From contig OZ242294.1 of the NCBI GenBank assembly GCA_965207685.1, positions 1,494,884 through 1,558,883 of the forward strand: DNA of 64,000 nucleotides, read 5' to 3'. Shown here in pieces: positions 20,498 to 29,947 of this stretch. Origin of the DNA: Thermodesulfobacteriota bacterium. Lineage in GTDB: Bacteria > Desulfobacterota_D > UBA1144 > Nemesobacterales > Nemesobacteraceae. Within the stretch, counting starts at the first letter, position 1, and every line of letters begins with the position of its first letter. A program made the translations under genes and the position numbers. The notes beneath the pieces were generated by a model. It had not been told where the DNA came from. It ran no database searches and saw only the letters and a program-made list of their open reading frames with translations.

Positions 20498-20693
20498 GTA
20501 TGTACCGGACACATCGTTAACAGTTTATACCGGAGACATCGTTTACACTTTTAGTAAAAAAGGGTTCGTGGCCGGTTCTACCCGGCCTTCCTCCTCATCA
20601 AAAAATCCCAGGTCATCTGAGTCTCTCCTCAAATGCGTAATTGTGTAAGCTATGTCTCTAGTATCAAGTGTAAGCTATGTGTCGGGCACTACA
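20498..20693 (-). mobile_element. Internally deleted IS481-family element (MITE-like remnant)
   Basis: Each end carries two 15-bp inverted motifs spaced 25 nt apart; one end is TGTA; interior encodes DLGFFDEEEGRVEPATNPFLLKV*, resembling an IS481 transposase C-terminus. Confidence 0.75.
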
Positions 20694-20723
20694 AACCGAA
20701 ACGCAACTAAATGTACTCTGGAG

Positions 20724-21518
20724 TTATTTCCTGAGGACGGTGTACATGGTTTTCTCATCGGACCAGTTGATTTTGTCGGGGTCTTCATAGGATTCACGGA
20801 TGTTTTTCCTGAACTCCGCAAGGGATCTTTCAAACTTCTGGCTCTCATACAGATAAAAAGTTGAGTAATGCTTGCTCTGCGCCCTCTCGACCAGTTCCCT
20901 CAGGGAATTCTCCCTGGCGAGAACGAATGTTTTTGTCTCAATAAGCTCAAGCCCCTCGGTCCTTTCGATCTCAGCCTCGAGTGTTTCTGTATTGTAAAAG
21001 TCAGATTCCTTCTGGTTAAAGGACGGGAAGTGTTTTCCCCATATGCTTTTCATGCTCTGGGTCTTGGTTCTCGTGTAAATAAAGAGAAAAGATCCCTCTC
21101 GGAGCACCCTTGCGCTCTCCCTCAGGAATTTCGGTGTGTTGAAAAAGTGTATGGCATTGAAGCAGAATACGGCGTCAAGCACCCCGTCCCCGATGGGAAG
21201 CTCCTGCGCCATGGCAATTTTGGTCGCATAGTTACGGATTCCGTGATCCTCAAGATACTGCTCGAGGCTCTCAAGCATGAACTCGTTTGTGTCGTAGCAG
21301 TAAAGAAACAGGTTTTCCTTGCCCAGATGCTCGAAAAAAAGTCTTGCGTACCGCCCTGCTCCCGCCCCCACGTCGGCAGCCTTTATTTTTCCCCTGTCCC
21401 CTATTATTTCCTTTATGTAGAGCACGGGTTCTGAGTCTGTGATTCTGAGGGACCTGTAGATGGCCGCTACCCGCGCGTAGTGACTCTGCGTCTTCTTTAT
21501 GAACTGTTGGCTTTTCAT
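20724..21518 (-). CDS. Class I SAM-dependent methyltransferase
   Basis: ADVGAGAGRY, LDAVFCFNAIH, RVLREG. Confidence 0.88.
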   Translation of the reverse strand: MKSQQFIKKTQSHYARVAAIYRSLRITDSEPVLYIKEIIGDRGKIKAADVGAGAGRYARLFFEHLGKENLFLYCYDTNEFMLESLEQYLEDHGIRNYATKIAMAQELPIGDGVLDAVFCFNAIHFFNTPKFLRESARVLREGSFLFIYTRTKTQSMKSIWGKHFPSFNQKESDFYNTETLEAEIERTEGLELIETKTFVLARENSLRELVERAQSKHYSTFYLYESQKFERSLAEFRKNIRESYEDPDKINWSDEKTMYTVLRK

Positions 21519-21574
21519 TCGTTCCTCTCCGGTATGAGTATGAAGTTGCGATTGCCGCTTGGTCGATTAAGGGT

Positions 21575-21991
21575 TCAGCTCCGGGACTGCGAGCCTAGGA
21601 TATTTTTCTGAAAACTTTCCGCGACTTCCCGAAACAGGTAAGCAACCGTATCGGGAAGGTCGTCAATCCCGCACCATTTTCTTTTTCTATCCCTTTCGTA
21701 ATCTCCCGTATCCTCAATGGCCTTGGCGCGGAAAAAAGTGTAGAGAACGTGCCTTTTCCCCCCTTCAATGACCATTATGTCGAGAGGCTGCTCTATTTCC
21801 ACCTTGTATCCGCTTTCCTCAAGACATTCCCTCTCCGCTGCCTCAGCGGGAGTTTCGCCGTAATCGACTCCTCCGGCGGGAAAGACCCATGAATCATTGA
21901 GCTTTCTTGAACTCACTAGGATGACTTCAATCTCCCCGAGGCTGTTTTCCCTGTAAGCGACGACTCCTGCCTTTTGTACGGGTTTACGCAT
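21575..21991 (-). CDS. NUDIX hydrolase
   Basis: Nudix box GGVDYGETPAEAAERECLEESG. Confidence 0.93.
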   Translation of the reverse strand: MRKPVQKAGVVAYRENSLGEIEVILVSSRKLNDSWVFPAGGVDYGETPAEAAERECLEESGYKVEIEQPLDIMVIEGGKRHVLYTFFRAKAIEDTGDYERDRKRKWCGIDDLPDTVAYLFREVAESFQKNILGSQSRS

Positions 21992-22163
21992 TTAGGTGAG
22001 AATGTTAGCCTAAAAATAGAATATGAACAGAAGGAAATTATTATTTTCCCCAATCGGAGAAATTCTCCGATCGGCTTCTCAGAGTTGGGAACATCTTATG
22101 TTACATGGAACTTATTTTTGATCGGACTATATAATTTCCTTATCCCCCGAAGCGGAGGTTTGA

Positions 22164-24275
22164 GTGTCAAACAGACTTAAAAACGAAAAGAGCCCCTATC
22201 TTCTCCAACATGCGGAGAATCCAGTTGACTGGTATCCATGGGGAGAGGAGGCGTTCGGGAGAGCCCGGGAACTGGGGAGGCCGATATTTCTTTCCATAGG
22301 ATACTCGACCTGTCACTGGTGCCACGTTATGGAGCGCGAATCCTTTGAGGACGCGGAGGTGGCGGGGCTCATGAACGAGAACTTCGTCTCGATCAAGGTC
22401 GACAGGGAAGAGCGTCCCGATATCGACAATATCTACATGACTGTCTGTCACGTGATTTCAAGGAAAAACTGCGGCTGGCCCCTTAACATAGTTATGACGC
22501 CTGAGGGGGAACCTTTTTTCGCCGGAACCTACATACCGAAGGAGAACCGTTACGGTAGAGTCGGAATGAAGGAGCTTGTACCGGCGATAAAGGAACTCTG
22601 GGAGAACAAAAGGGAAGAGGTTCTGGAATCGGCCCGGCAGATAACCGATGCCGTCTGCAGTCTTGGAGATTCCCTGCGGGGAGCCGAGGCCTCCCGGCTT
22701 AACGAAAAAACCCTCGATCAGGCCTACAGTTACTTTCTTTCGACTTTCGATCCCGACGAAGGCGGCTTCGGGAGAGCTCCTAAATTTCCGACTCCTCACA
22801 ACTTGATGTTTCTGATGAGGCATTACGGGCGCACCGGGAAGAATGTTTCCTTGAGGATGGTCGAGAGAACGCTCCTCGCTATGGGTAGGGGCGGCATATA
22901 CGACCATGTGGGCTTCGGTTTTCACAGGTATTCGACCGACTCGCGATGGCTTGTTCCCCATTTCGAGAAGATGCTTTATGACCAGGCGCTTTTGGCGATC
23001 ACTTACACAGAAGCGTGGCAGATCACAAAAAACCCGTTTTACGAGAAAAAAGCGAGGGAAATACTCGAATACCTGATTCGGGACATGACCTCTCCCGAAG
23101 GAGGTATTTACTCAGCCGAAGATGCCGACAGCGAAGGGGAGGAAGGAAAGTTCTACCTTTGGACGGTAGAAGAGGTGGAGGAACTTGTGGGAGCAGAGGA
23201 CGCAGAGTTTCTTTCGGACGTCTACAATCTTTCTGGCGACGGAAATTTCACGGACGAGGCTACGGGAGAGCAGAGCGACAGGAACATATTTCACCTGAAA
23301 GAACCCCTGGCTGACACTGCGGCGCGACGCGGTATCCCGGTCGAAGAGCTTGAGAGGAAACTTGAGGGTCTGCGAGAGAAGCTTTTTGCCTGCAGGGAAA
23401 AAAGAATTCATCCCTACAAGGACGACAAGGTGCTCACGGACTGGAACGGAATAGCGATAGCGGCGTTTTCAAAAGCGGCAGCGGCTTTCGGAGAGAAAAG
23501 ATATTCTGACGCCGCGCGGGGCTCGATAGAATTCATAATGCAGAACCTTTTCCGCGATGGAAGGCTTCTTCACCGCTACCGCGAGGGTGAAGCGGGCATA
23601 ATGGCAAGCGTCGATGATTACGCCTTTTTCGTATGGGGACTTCTTGAATACTACGAAAGCGTTTTCGACGAGAAATACCTCGCTTTGGCTATTTCTCTCT
23701 GCAGGGATCAGTTCGAACATTTCTGGGATGAGGAGTTCGCGGGTTTTTTCTTCACGGCCGATGACGGCGAAGCTCTGATAACCAGGCAGAAGGAAATTTA
23801 TGACGGCGCGCTTCCGTCCGGAAACTCGGTTTCGATACTTAACATCCTGAAAATCGCGAGACTGACCGCCGATCCCGAACTTGAAGAGAAGGCAGCCCGG
23901 ATGACAGCGGCTTTTTCTCCCCTGATTTCAAGACACCCGGCTTCTTTTTCAATGCACATGAACTCTCTTGATTTCATGCTGGGCCCTTCTTTCGAGATAG
24001 TGATAGCCGGGGACAGAAATTCCCCCGAGACCCGCCGGTTTCTCGATGCTCTCTCGGGCGAGTACTTGCCGAACAAGGTCGTGATATTAAAACACGAAGA
24101 AAACGAAGAGGAAATTTCAAGAATTGCCCCTTACACGCAGGGCCATAGCTCCATTAACGGAAAAACTGCGGCGTACATATGCTCAAATTACGAGTGCCGT
24201 CTTCCGACGGATGACCCGGCGCGGATGCTTGAGCTTATACAAGAAGGGAAAAGTATCGATAAAGTGCCTGGGTAG
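22164..24275 (+). CDS. Thioredoxin-domain protein YyaL/SPATA20-like
   Basis: [36 protein letters not shown]. Confidence 0.95.
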   Translation: MSNRLKNEKSPYLLQHAENPVDWYPWGEEAFGRARELGRPIFLSIGYSTCHWCHVMERESFEDAEVAGLMNENFVSIKVDREERPDIDNIYMTVCHVISRKNCGWPLNIVMTPEGEPFFAGTYIPKENRYGRVGMKELVPAIKELWENKREEVLESARQITDAVCSLGDSLRGAEASRLNEKTLDQAYSYFLSTFDPDEGGFGRAPKFPTPHNLMFLMRHYGRTGKNVSLRMVERTLLAMGRGGIYDHVGFGFHRYSTDSRWLVPHFEKMLYDQALLAITYTEAWQITKNPFYEKKAREILEYLIRDMTSPEGGIYSAEDADSEGEEGKFYLWTVEEVEELVGAEDAEFLSDVYNLSGDGNFTDEATGEQSDRNIFHLKEPLADTAARRGIPVEELERKLEGLREKLFACREKRIHPYKDDKVLTDWNGIAIAAFSKAAAAFGEKRYSDAARGSIEFIMQNLFRDGRLLHRYREGEAGIMASVDDYAFFVWGLLEYYESVFDEKYLALAISLCRDQFEHFWDEEFAGFFFTADDGEALITRQKEIYDGALPSGNSVSILNILKIARLTADPELEEKAARMTAAFSPLISRHPASFSMHMNSLDFMLGPSFEIVIAGDRNSPETRRFLDALSGEYLPNKVVILKHEENEEEISRIAPYTQGHSSINGKTAAYICSNYECRLPTDDPARMLELIQEGKSIDKVPG

Positions 24276-24370
24276 GGATGTTTACACGGGTAATTCCCTC
24301 TTCCTAATACTTCAATTATACAACTTGATGCGGACCGACTAAGACTATTTTCCCCAACTCCCAGTTTCGA

Positions 24371-24934
24371 TTATTGGCCGTGGGCAAGGCCGTAGAGCAA
24401 CAGCTGGTCAGTCCACAGTTCTACTTGCACACCATTTGTTTCATAGATTCCTAGTTCGACATCTTTTATGTTATCGGTAATCGGCAAAACATATAAGGTG
24501 TGGATAACCTGGCTTTTGCGGTGGTTCAATTTCAATTGAGCTGCCTGAAGCCCCTGGATGGTGCAGTACTTGCCGCCTACGAGGAGGAAATCCTGAACCA
24601 GTTCCTCACGCCGCGGCCGGACGGGGAAGTCCAACTCGCTGAGTGCGTTCTGCACAACGCCGTACTGGTTTGATTTCACCACCAGTGCGCCGTGTTGGCG
24701 GTGATTGTGTCCGATTTCAGCGACCACCTGATGGGTAATGCTATCAGTACTCATGTGCAGCCATAACCCAATACCGATTGTCAACAGCACCAATGCGGCC
24801 ACTGGGATAAGATAAGAAATACGGCGACGGCTTCTGCCTATCTCATGGACGGAGGCTTGTATTGCCGCGATCCTGTGCGAATCAAGGCGCTTGCTTTGAT
24901 AGTAGTTTTTGAGTTCTTGTTCCAAATTCTTCAT
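24371..24934 (-). CDS. Putative transmembrane anti-sigma factor
   Basis: Short cytoplasmic N-terminus, single TM helix, periplasmic domain; immediately downstream of the ECF sigma. Confidence 0.7.
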   Translation of the reverse strand: MKNLEQELKNYYQSKRLDSHRIAAIQASVHEIGRSRRRISYLIPVAALVLLTIGIGLWLHMSTDSITHQVVAEIGHNHRQHGALVVKSNQYGVVQNALSELDFPVRPRREELVQDFLLVGGKYCTIQGLQAAQLKLNHRKSQVIHTLYVLPITDNIKDVELGIYETNGVQVELWTDQLLLYGLAHGQ

Positions 24935-24938
24935 GGTC

Positions 24939-25409
24939 TCAGTCAGCCGCGTCTAGGGCAGCCAGTTTTTTTCTACTCCTATGTATGAGACTTAGGACGG
25001 TTCCCCGAGGCCTGCCGGTCAGCGTGGCAATTTCATTAGCCGAGTAACCCTCCACGATATGTAGAAACAGGGCTTCGCGCTCGATATCCCGCAGCTTGGA
25101 AAGCATCTGATCTATAGCGACTTTGGTGTATTCCCCAGTGGGGGCGTCGGAAGTCGAGAGACTCTCGTGTTCACTGGTGAGCGCGATAAACCGGATGCGC
25201 TTCCGTCTGCGATACTGGTCGATGTACAGATTCCGGATAGTTGTGAAAAAAAGAGCCTTCGTTTTCACCTCGCTATACCGCTGATGCAACTTAAGCCAAG
25301 CCGTCTGTACCAAGTCCTCAGCATCGTGATGGTGATGAGTGAGTGCGTAGGCATACCGGAATCCACTCTGTAACAGTTCTTCTTCATTGGGTGATGGCGG
25401 TGCTGGCAT
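24939..25409 (-). CDS. ECF RNA polymerase sigma factor
   Basis: DAEDLVQ (region 2), EGYSANEIA...GTVLSLIHRSR (region 4.2). Confidence 0.93.
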   Translation of the reverse strand: MPAPPSPNEEELLQSGFRYAYALTHHHHDAEDLVQTAWLKLHQRYSEVKTKALFFTTIRNLYIDQYRRRKRIRFIALTSEHESLSTSDAPTGEYTKVAIDQMLSKLRDIEREALFLHIVEGYSANEIATLTGRPRGTVLSLIHRSRKKLAALDAAD

Positions 25410-25470
25410 GGCTTCATGCGGGCAGGGCTGTCCCCGACCGCTTGCAAGTTCCTATATTCCTGTGGCCAGT

Positions 25471-25854
25471 CTAGTTTTCCAAATGATACTTCCGTTTAAC
25501 GTTCCCGACTTTGTGTACGATACCCTGTAAGGCTTGGAACTTGCCGTCTTTTTCAATCACCAGAAAATCAAGGTCGAAATAGACGCCGTTACGGTCGTGG
25601 AAATCCGCGCAACTGACGTAGTAGTCGGCCTTTTTCACGATTCCGTCATGCAGCTTTGCGAGCTTGAGCTTGAGGAGGTCGTCCGTGACTGCGTCATACA
25701 GGACATAATGTCCGTTCACCGTGTTGTGGTCAATATGCTCCTGCATCGCCGTCTGGATCGCGCGCCGTCTCTCTCCTTTTATGCTCGGATCATCGGCGGC
25801 AAAGGCGGTCAAAGTGAAAGCCAGAAAAACCAGCATTCCCATTATGCTCTTCAT
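25471..25854 (-). CDS. Secreted hypothetical protein
   Basis: Signal peptide ending AFA; AAGGAG RBS. Confidence 0.8.
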   Translation of the reverse strand: MKSIMGMLVFLAFTLTAFAADDPSIKGERRRAIQTAMQEHIDHNTVNGHYVLYDAVTDDLLKLKLAKLHDGIVKKADYYVSCADFHDRNGVYFDLDFLVIEKDGKFQALQGIVHKVGNVKRKYHLEN

Positions 25855-25891
25855 ATTGAGTATCTCCTTTAAAGTGTCTACTTACTTAGTA

Positions 25892-25920
25892 AAGACGAAT
25901 GGGATGCTGTCGTGATTGCA
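25892..25920 (-). promoter_or_regulatory. Putative ECF-type promoter
   Basis: TGCAAT-N17-CGTCTT upstream of the three-gene ECF cassette. Confidence 0.5.
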
Positions 25921-26017
25921 TCGAGCCGTCAACGGCAACTATTTTTTTTGTCGAGACTGTTGCATTTGTGAAAACTGCTCCTATAATCTATGTAAAATTT
26001 TTTTCAGGGGGGACCAA

Positions 26018-26191
26018 ATGGCTAATAGAAGGAATGATAAAAAAGTGAGAGATCTTGTCGAGATGATGCAAGATCCCGAAGGTTCCGGTTACATCGGAAG
26101 CGACTGCGACACTATGGAACTTTACGAGCAGGAGCTTGAGGAGATGGAGGGGGCCGACAGCTTTTACGACGGGGAACTTGATTTCAACTGA
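26018..26191 (+). CDS. Small acidic hypothetical protein (57 aa)
   Basis: GGGGGA RBS, TTGCAT-N16-TATAAT upstream; 3' end overlaps mnmG convergently. Confidence 0.6.
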   Translation: MANRRNDKKVRDLVEMMQDPEGSGYIGSDCDTMELYEQELEEMEGADSFYDGELDFN

Positions 26192-28080
26192 GCTTCCTGC
26201 TCAAGCCCCCGCGTTTTCCTGATGTGAACAAGCAGTACTGATATAGCGGCGGGAGTTATACCTGAAACCCGGCTTGCCTGCCCTACCGATTTGGGTTTTA
26301 CTCTTGAGAGTTTCTGAACAATTTCGTTTGAAAGTCCCGGGATGTTTTTATACTCGAAGGTTTCCGGGATTTTCATGTTCTCGAATTTCTGCAATTTCCC
26401 GACTTCTTCTTTCTGTCTTTTTATGTAACCCTCGTATTTTACTTCCATCTCTATCTGCGCCCCGAGTTTCGGGGAGATGTTCGGATTCGTTGCGGAGTCT
26501 ATAAAGCCCAGCATTTCATACGTGAAGCCGGGTCTCCTGAGTATCTCTTTTAGGCTCTGGGGCTTTTTGATTCTCTGGGAGCCGAGATTCTCAAGAATCC
26601 TGTTTGTCTTCTCGTTTGGAACCACCTTCTCGCTCTCAAGCCTTGCGAGTTCATTTTCAAGCGCGTTTTTTCTGGTGCGGAATTCCTCGATCCGCTCATC
26701 GCTTAGAAGTCCTATTATGTGCCCAAGCTCCCCGAGTCTTAAGTCGGCGTTATCCTCCCTCAGTATAAGCCTGTACTCTGCCCTTGAGGTAAACATCCTG
26801 TAGGGCTCATCGACTCCTTTTGTGACCAGATCATCAATCAGAATTCCTATGTATGCCTCCGAGCGTCCGAGCACGAAAGGATCCTTCCCCTTTATCCGAA
26901 GCGCCGCGTTTATTCCCGCTATTAGTCCTTGGCTTGCCGCCTCCTCGTAGCCCGTGGTTCCGTTTACCTGTCCTGCGAAAAATATGTTTTCAAGAAGTTT
27001 TGATTCAAGAGTAGCACCGAGCTGCGTGGGGTCGAGAAAGTCGTATTCGACCGCGTATCCCGGCCTCATTATTTCCACGTTGCGAAGTCCTTCCATGGTT
27101 CTTGAGAACTCGTGCTGAACTTCAATGGGAAGGCTGGTTGAAATTCCGTTGGGATAGATTTCATAAGTGTTTCTTCCCTCAGGTTCGAGAAATATCTGGT
27201 GGCGGTTCCGATCGGGAAACTTGACCACCTTGTCCTCTATCGAGGGACAGTACCTTGGTCCTATTCCCTTTATGAGGCCGGAGTAAAGAGGGGACTTGTC
27301 AATGTTTTCGTTTATAACGCGGTGGGTTTCCTCGTTAGTGTAGGTGATGTAGCACGGCATCTGTTCAGTCGTGATTTCTCCGGGGGAAAAGGAAAAAGGC
27401 ACAGGGTCCTCGTCCCCGTCCTGCCTCTCAAGCTTGTCCCACTCGATGGTCCTTCCGTCAAAGCGCGGAGGAGTTCCGGTTTTAAGCCTGCCTGTCGTGA
27501 AACCTAGGTCCGCAAAGGAATTCGATATTGCTCCCGCGGCGGCTTCCCCCGCGCGGCCGGACGAAATCCGCGTAAGGCCTATGTGTATGAGTCCACCGGG
27601 AAAAGTTCCTGGGGTGACCACGACGGTATCTGAAAAAAATTTCTCCCCGAGGGCGGTTTTAACCCCCGCGACTTTTTTTCCGTCAACCAGAAATTCCTCG
27701 ACCATTGCCTGCTTTATCTCTATGTTGGCTTCGTTTTCAAGAGCCTTTTTCATGTAGGTTCTGTAGCTTTGGCGGTCGGCCTGTATTCTGGTTGCCTGCA
27801 CGGCTGCTCCCTTTCGAGTGTTGAGTCTTCTGAACTGTATGGCCGCAGTGTCTGCGGCTTTTCCCATCTCGCCGCCAAGCGCGTCTATCTCCTTTACAAG
27901 GTGACCTTTCCCGACGCCCCCTATTGAAGGGTTACACGACATAAGCCCGATTGTGTCTATATTTGCCGTGAGAACCAGGGTCGTACAGCCCATTCTGGCT
28001 GCGGCGAGTGCCGCCTCGCACCCGGCGTGACCGGCTCCGATCACTATCACTTCGTATTTTTTTGAGTTTAAAAGAGACAT
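26164..28080 (-). CDS. mnmG: tRNA uridine-5-carboxymethylaminomethyl modification enzyme
   Basis: GAGHAGCEAA, MSCNPSIGG, GPRYCPSIEDK, GTTGYEEAA. Confidence 0.99.
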   Translation of the reverse strand: MSLLNSKKYEVIVIGAGHAGCEAALAAARMGCTTLVLTANIDTIGLMSCNPSIGGVGKGHLVKEIDALGGEMGKAADTAAIQFRRLNTRKGAAVQATRIQADRQSYRTYMKKALENEANIEIKQAMVEEFLVDGKKVAGVKTALGEKFFSDTVVVTPGTFPGGLIHIGLTRISSGRAGEAAAGAISNSFADLGFTTGRLKTGTPPRFDGRTIEWDKLERQDGDEDPVPFSFSPGEITTEQMPCYITYTNEETHRVINENIDKSPLYSGLIKGIGPRYCPSIEDKVVKFPDRNRHQIFLEPEGRNTYEIYPNGISTSLPIEVQHEFSRTMEGLRNVEIMRPGYAVEYDFLDPTQLGATLESKLLENIFFAGQVNGTTGYEEAASQGLIAGINAALRIKGKDPFVLGRSEAYIGILIDDLVTKGVDEPYRMFTSRAEYRLILREDNADLRLGELGHIIGLLSDERIEEFRTRKNALENELARLESEKVVPNEKTNRILENLGSQRIKKPQSLKEILRRPGFTYEMLGFIDSATNPNISPKLGAQIEMEVKYEGYIKRQKEEVGKLQKFENMKIPETFEYKNIPGLSNEIVQKLSRVKPKSVGQASRVSGITPAAISVLLVHIRKTRGLEQEAQLKSSSPS

Positions 28081-28300
28081 TTTTCTAAATCACTCAAGTG
28101 ATTTCCAACGCCAATTATAACTGCCAGAACTTGCCGGTTAAACGGAAGAAGATATCAAGACTTTCCCAGAAAACGTGCAATCTATACTCGGTTCAAACTT
28201 TCCGTTGAATTTACCGCTGCCGGTATTATTATACTTTTTGTAAGAGGAAGCTATTGTTTTCCTTGAGGCTTGGAAAATATTTTGGAGGCATTTTTAGAAA

Positions 28301-29161
28301 ATGAATACTCTTAAAAGTCTTTTTCTGCTTGCTTTTCTCTCTGCCATTCTGGTTTGGGTAGGGGGCATGATAGGAGGCAAAAATGGTGCTTTGGTGGCAC
28401 TTGTTCTCGCGGGAGTTATGAATTTCGCAAGCTACTGGTGGAGCGACAAGATCGTTCTCAGGATGTACAAGGCGAGTGAAGTCGGAAGGGACGACGCTCC
28501 CCAACTCTATTCCGACGTGGAGGAACTTGCTCAGATAGCCGGGCTTCCGATGCCTCGGGTCTACATAATCCCCGAACAGGCTCCGAACGCCTTTGCCACG
28601 GGTCGGGACCCGCACCATTCAGCTGTCGCGGTTACTCAGGGAATCATGCGTCTTTTGAACAGAAACGAACTTAAAGGCGTAATCGCTCATGAGCTTGCTC
28701 ATATAAGGAACAGAGACATACTGATCGGTTCCGTGGCGGCGACAATCGCCGGCGCTATCAGTTACCTTGCCTACATGGCGCAGTTTGCGGCCATTTTCGG
28801 AGGTGGCGGTGGCAGAAGAGGTGGTGGGATGCTGGGGCTTCTGGCTATGGCAATTATCGCCCCTATGGCGGCAATGATCGTGAGGATGGCCATATCGAGG
28901 ACCAGAGAATTCGGAGCGGACAAGACCGGGGCTGAGATATGCGGAAACCCGCTATACCTTGCCGATGCCCTTAGAAAACTTCAGGCGGGAGCGTCAAGAA
29001 TCCCCCTTCAGGTAAGCGAGCAGGCGGCCGAGAGCACGGCTCACATGATGATAGTGAGCCCGATGATCGGGGGAGGTTTCGCAAAGCTTTTCAGCACGCA
29101 TCCTCCAACCGAAGAGAGAGTCGCAAGGCTTGAAGCCATGGTCGGCGGCGCTTCTCTTTAA
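28301..29161 (+). CDS. htpX: Zinc metalloprotease HtpX
   Basis: [27 protein letters not shown]. Confidence 0.96.
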   Translation: MNTLKSLFLLAFLSAILVWVGGMIGGKNGALVALVLAGVMNFASYWWSDKIVLRMYKASEVGRDDAPQLYSDVEELAQIAGLPMPRVYIIPEQAPNAFATGRDPHHSAVAVTQGIMRLLNRNELKGVIAHELAHIRNRDILIGSVAATIAGAISYLAYMAQFAAIFGGGGGRRGGGMLGLLAMAIIAPMAAMIVRMAISRTREFGADKTGAEICGNPLYLADALRKLQAGASRIPLQVSEQAAESTAHMMIVSPMIGGGFAKLFSTHPPTEERVARLEAMVGGASL

Positions 29162-29193
29162 ACCGGAAGAAAAGACTCTTTTAAAAGGAGCAC

Positions 29194-29910
29194 ATGAAGG
29201 CACGACCGCTTATCGGCATAACGACTGATCTTGAGGACAAATCAAACCTTATAGAATCCGCTTACTCGAAGGCGGTTGAGTTCTACGGCGGTGCCCCGGT
29301 TCTGATTCCCACGGTTGCCGAAGCTTCAAGCTCGGATTTTCTGCTCAATATAATCTCCGCAATCAACGGGCTTTTGATACCGGGTTCAAGGGACATGGAC
29401 CCAAAATTCTACGGCGAGTCCCCGCATCCTGCCATAAATCCCATGAGTCCCGAGAGGACGGAAACGGAATTCAGCGTCCTTCGCCTTGCTCTCGAAAAAG
29501 ATGTGCCAGTCTTGGGAATATGCGGAGGCATGCAGTTTATAAATGTTTTCCACGGGGGCTCTATACACCAGGACATAAAAGCGCTTCTGCCCGACGCACT
29601 TTGTCACGAAGGGGGCGAGGTTCACGATGTCACAGTTCTTCCGGACACGGTTTTCGGCGGTTTCACGGAAGAAAAGGAATTCCAGATAAAAAGCTACCAC
29701 CACCAGGCAATAAACAGGGTTGGAGAAGGCCTTCGGGTAAGCGCCTTGGCCCCGGACGGAATAGTGGAGGGTTTTGAGTCGGCCGACGGCCGCGTCATGG
29801 GTTTTCAGTGGCATCCCGAACTTGAGCGAACCCGCCTGTCCGAACTGATTTTCACCTGGTTCCTCTCCGAGTCTGCACGGACGGCGGACGGTTCCCCCTG
29901 TATCGGGTAA
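29194..29910 (+). CDS. Peptidase C26 / gamma-glutamyl-GABA hydrolase family
   Basis: LGICGGMQ, SYHHQA, QWHPE catalytic triad. Confidence 0.9.
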   Translation: MKARPLIGITTDLEDKSNLIESAYSKAVEFYGGAPVLIPTVAEASSSDFLLNIISAINGLLIPGSRDMDPKFYGESPHPAINPMSPERTETEFSVLRLALEKDVPVLGICGGMQFINVFHGGSIHQDIKALLPDALCHEGGEVHDVTVLPDTVFGGFTEEKEFQIKSYHHQAINRVGEGLRVSALAPDGIVEGFESADGRVMGFQWHPELERTRLSELIFTWFLSESARTADGSPCIG

Positions 29911-29947
29911 TTTTATCTGCAGTATTTTGCCCAGGGGAGCCTTCAGG

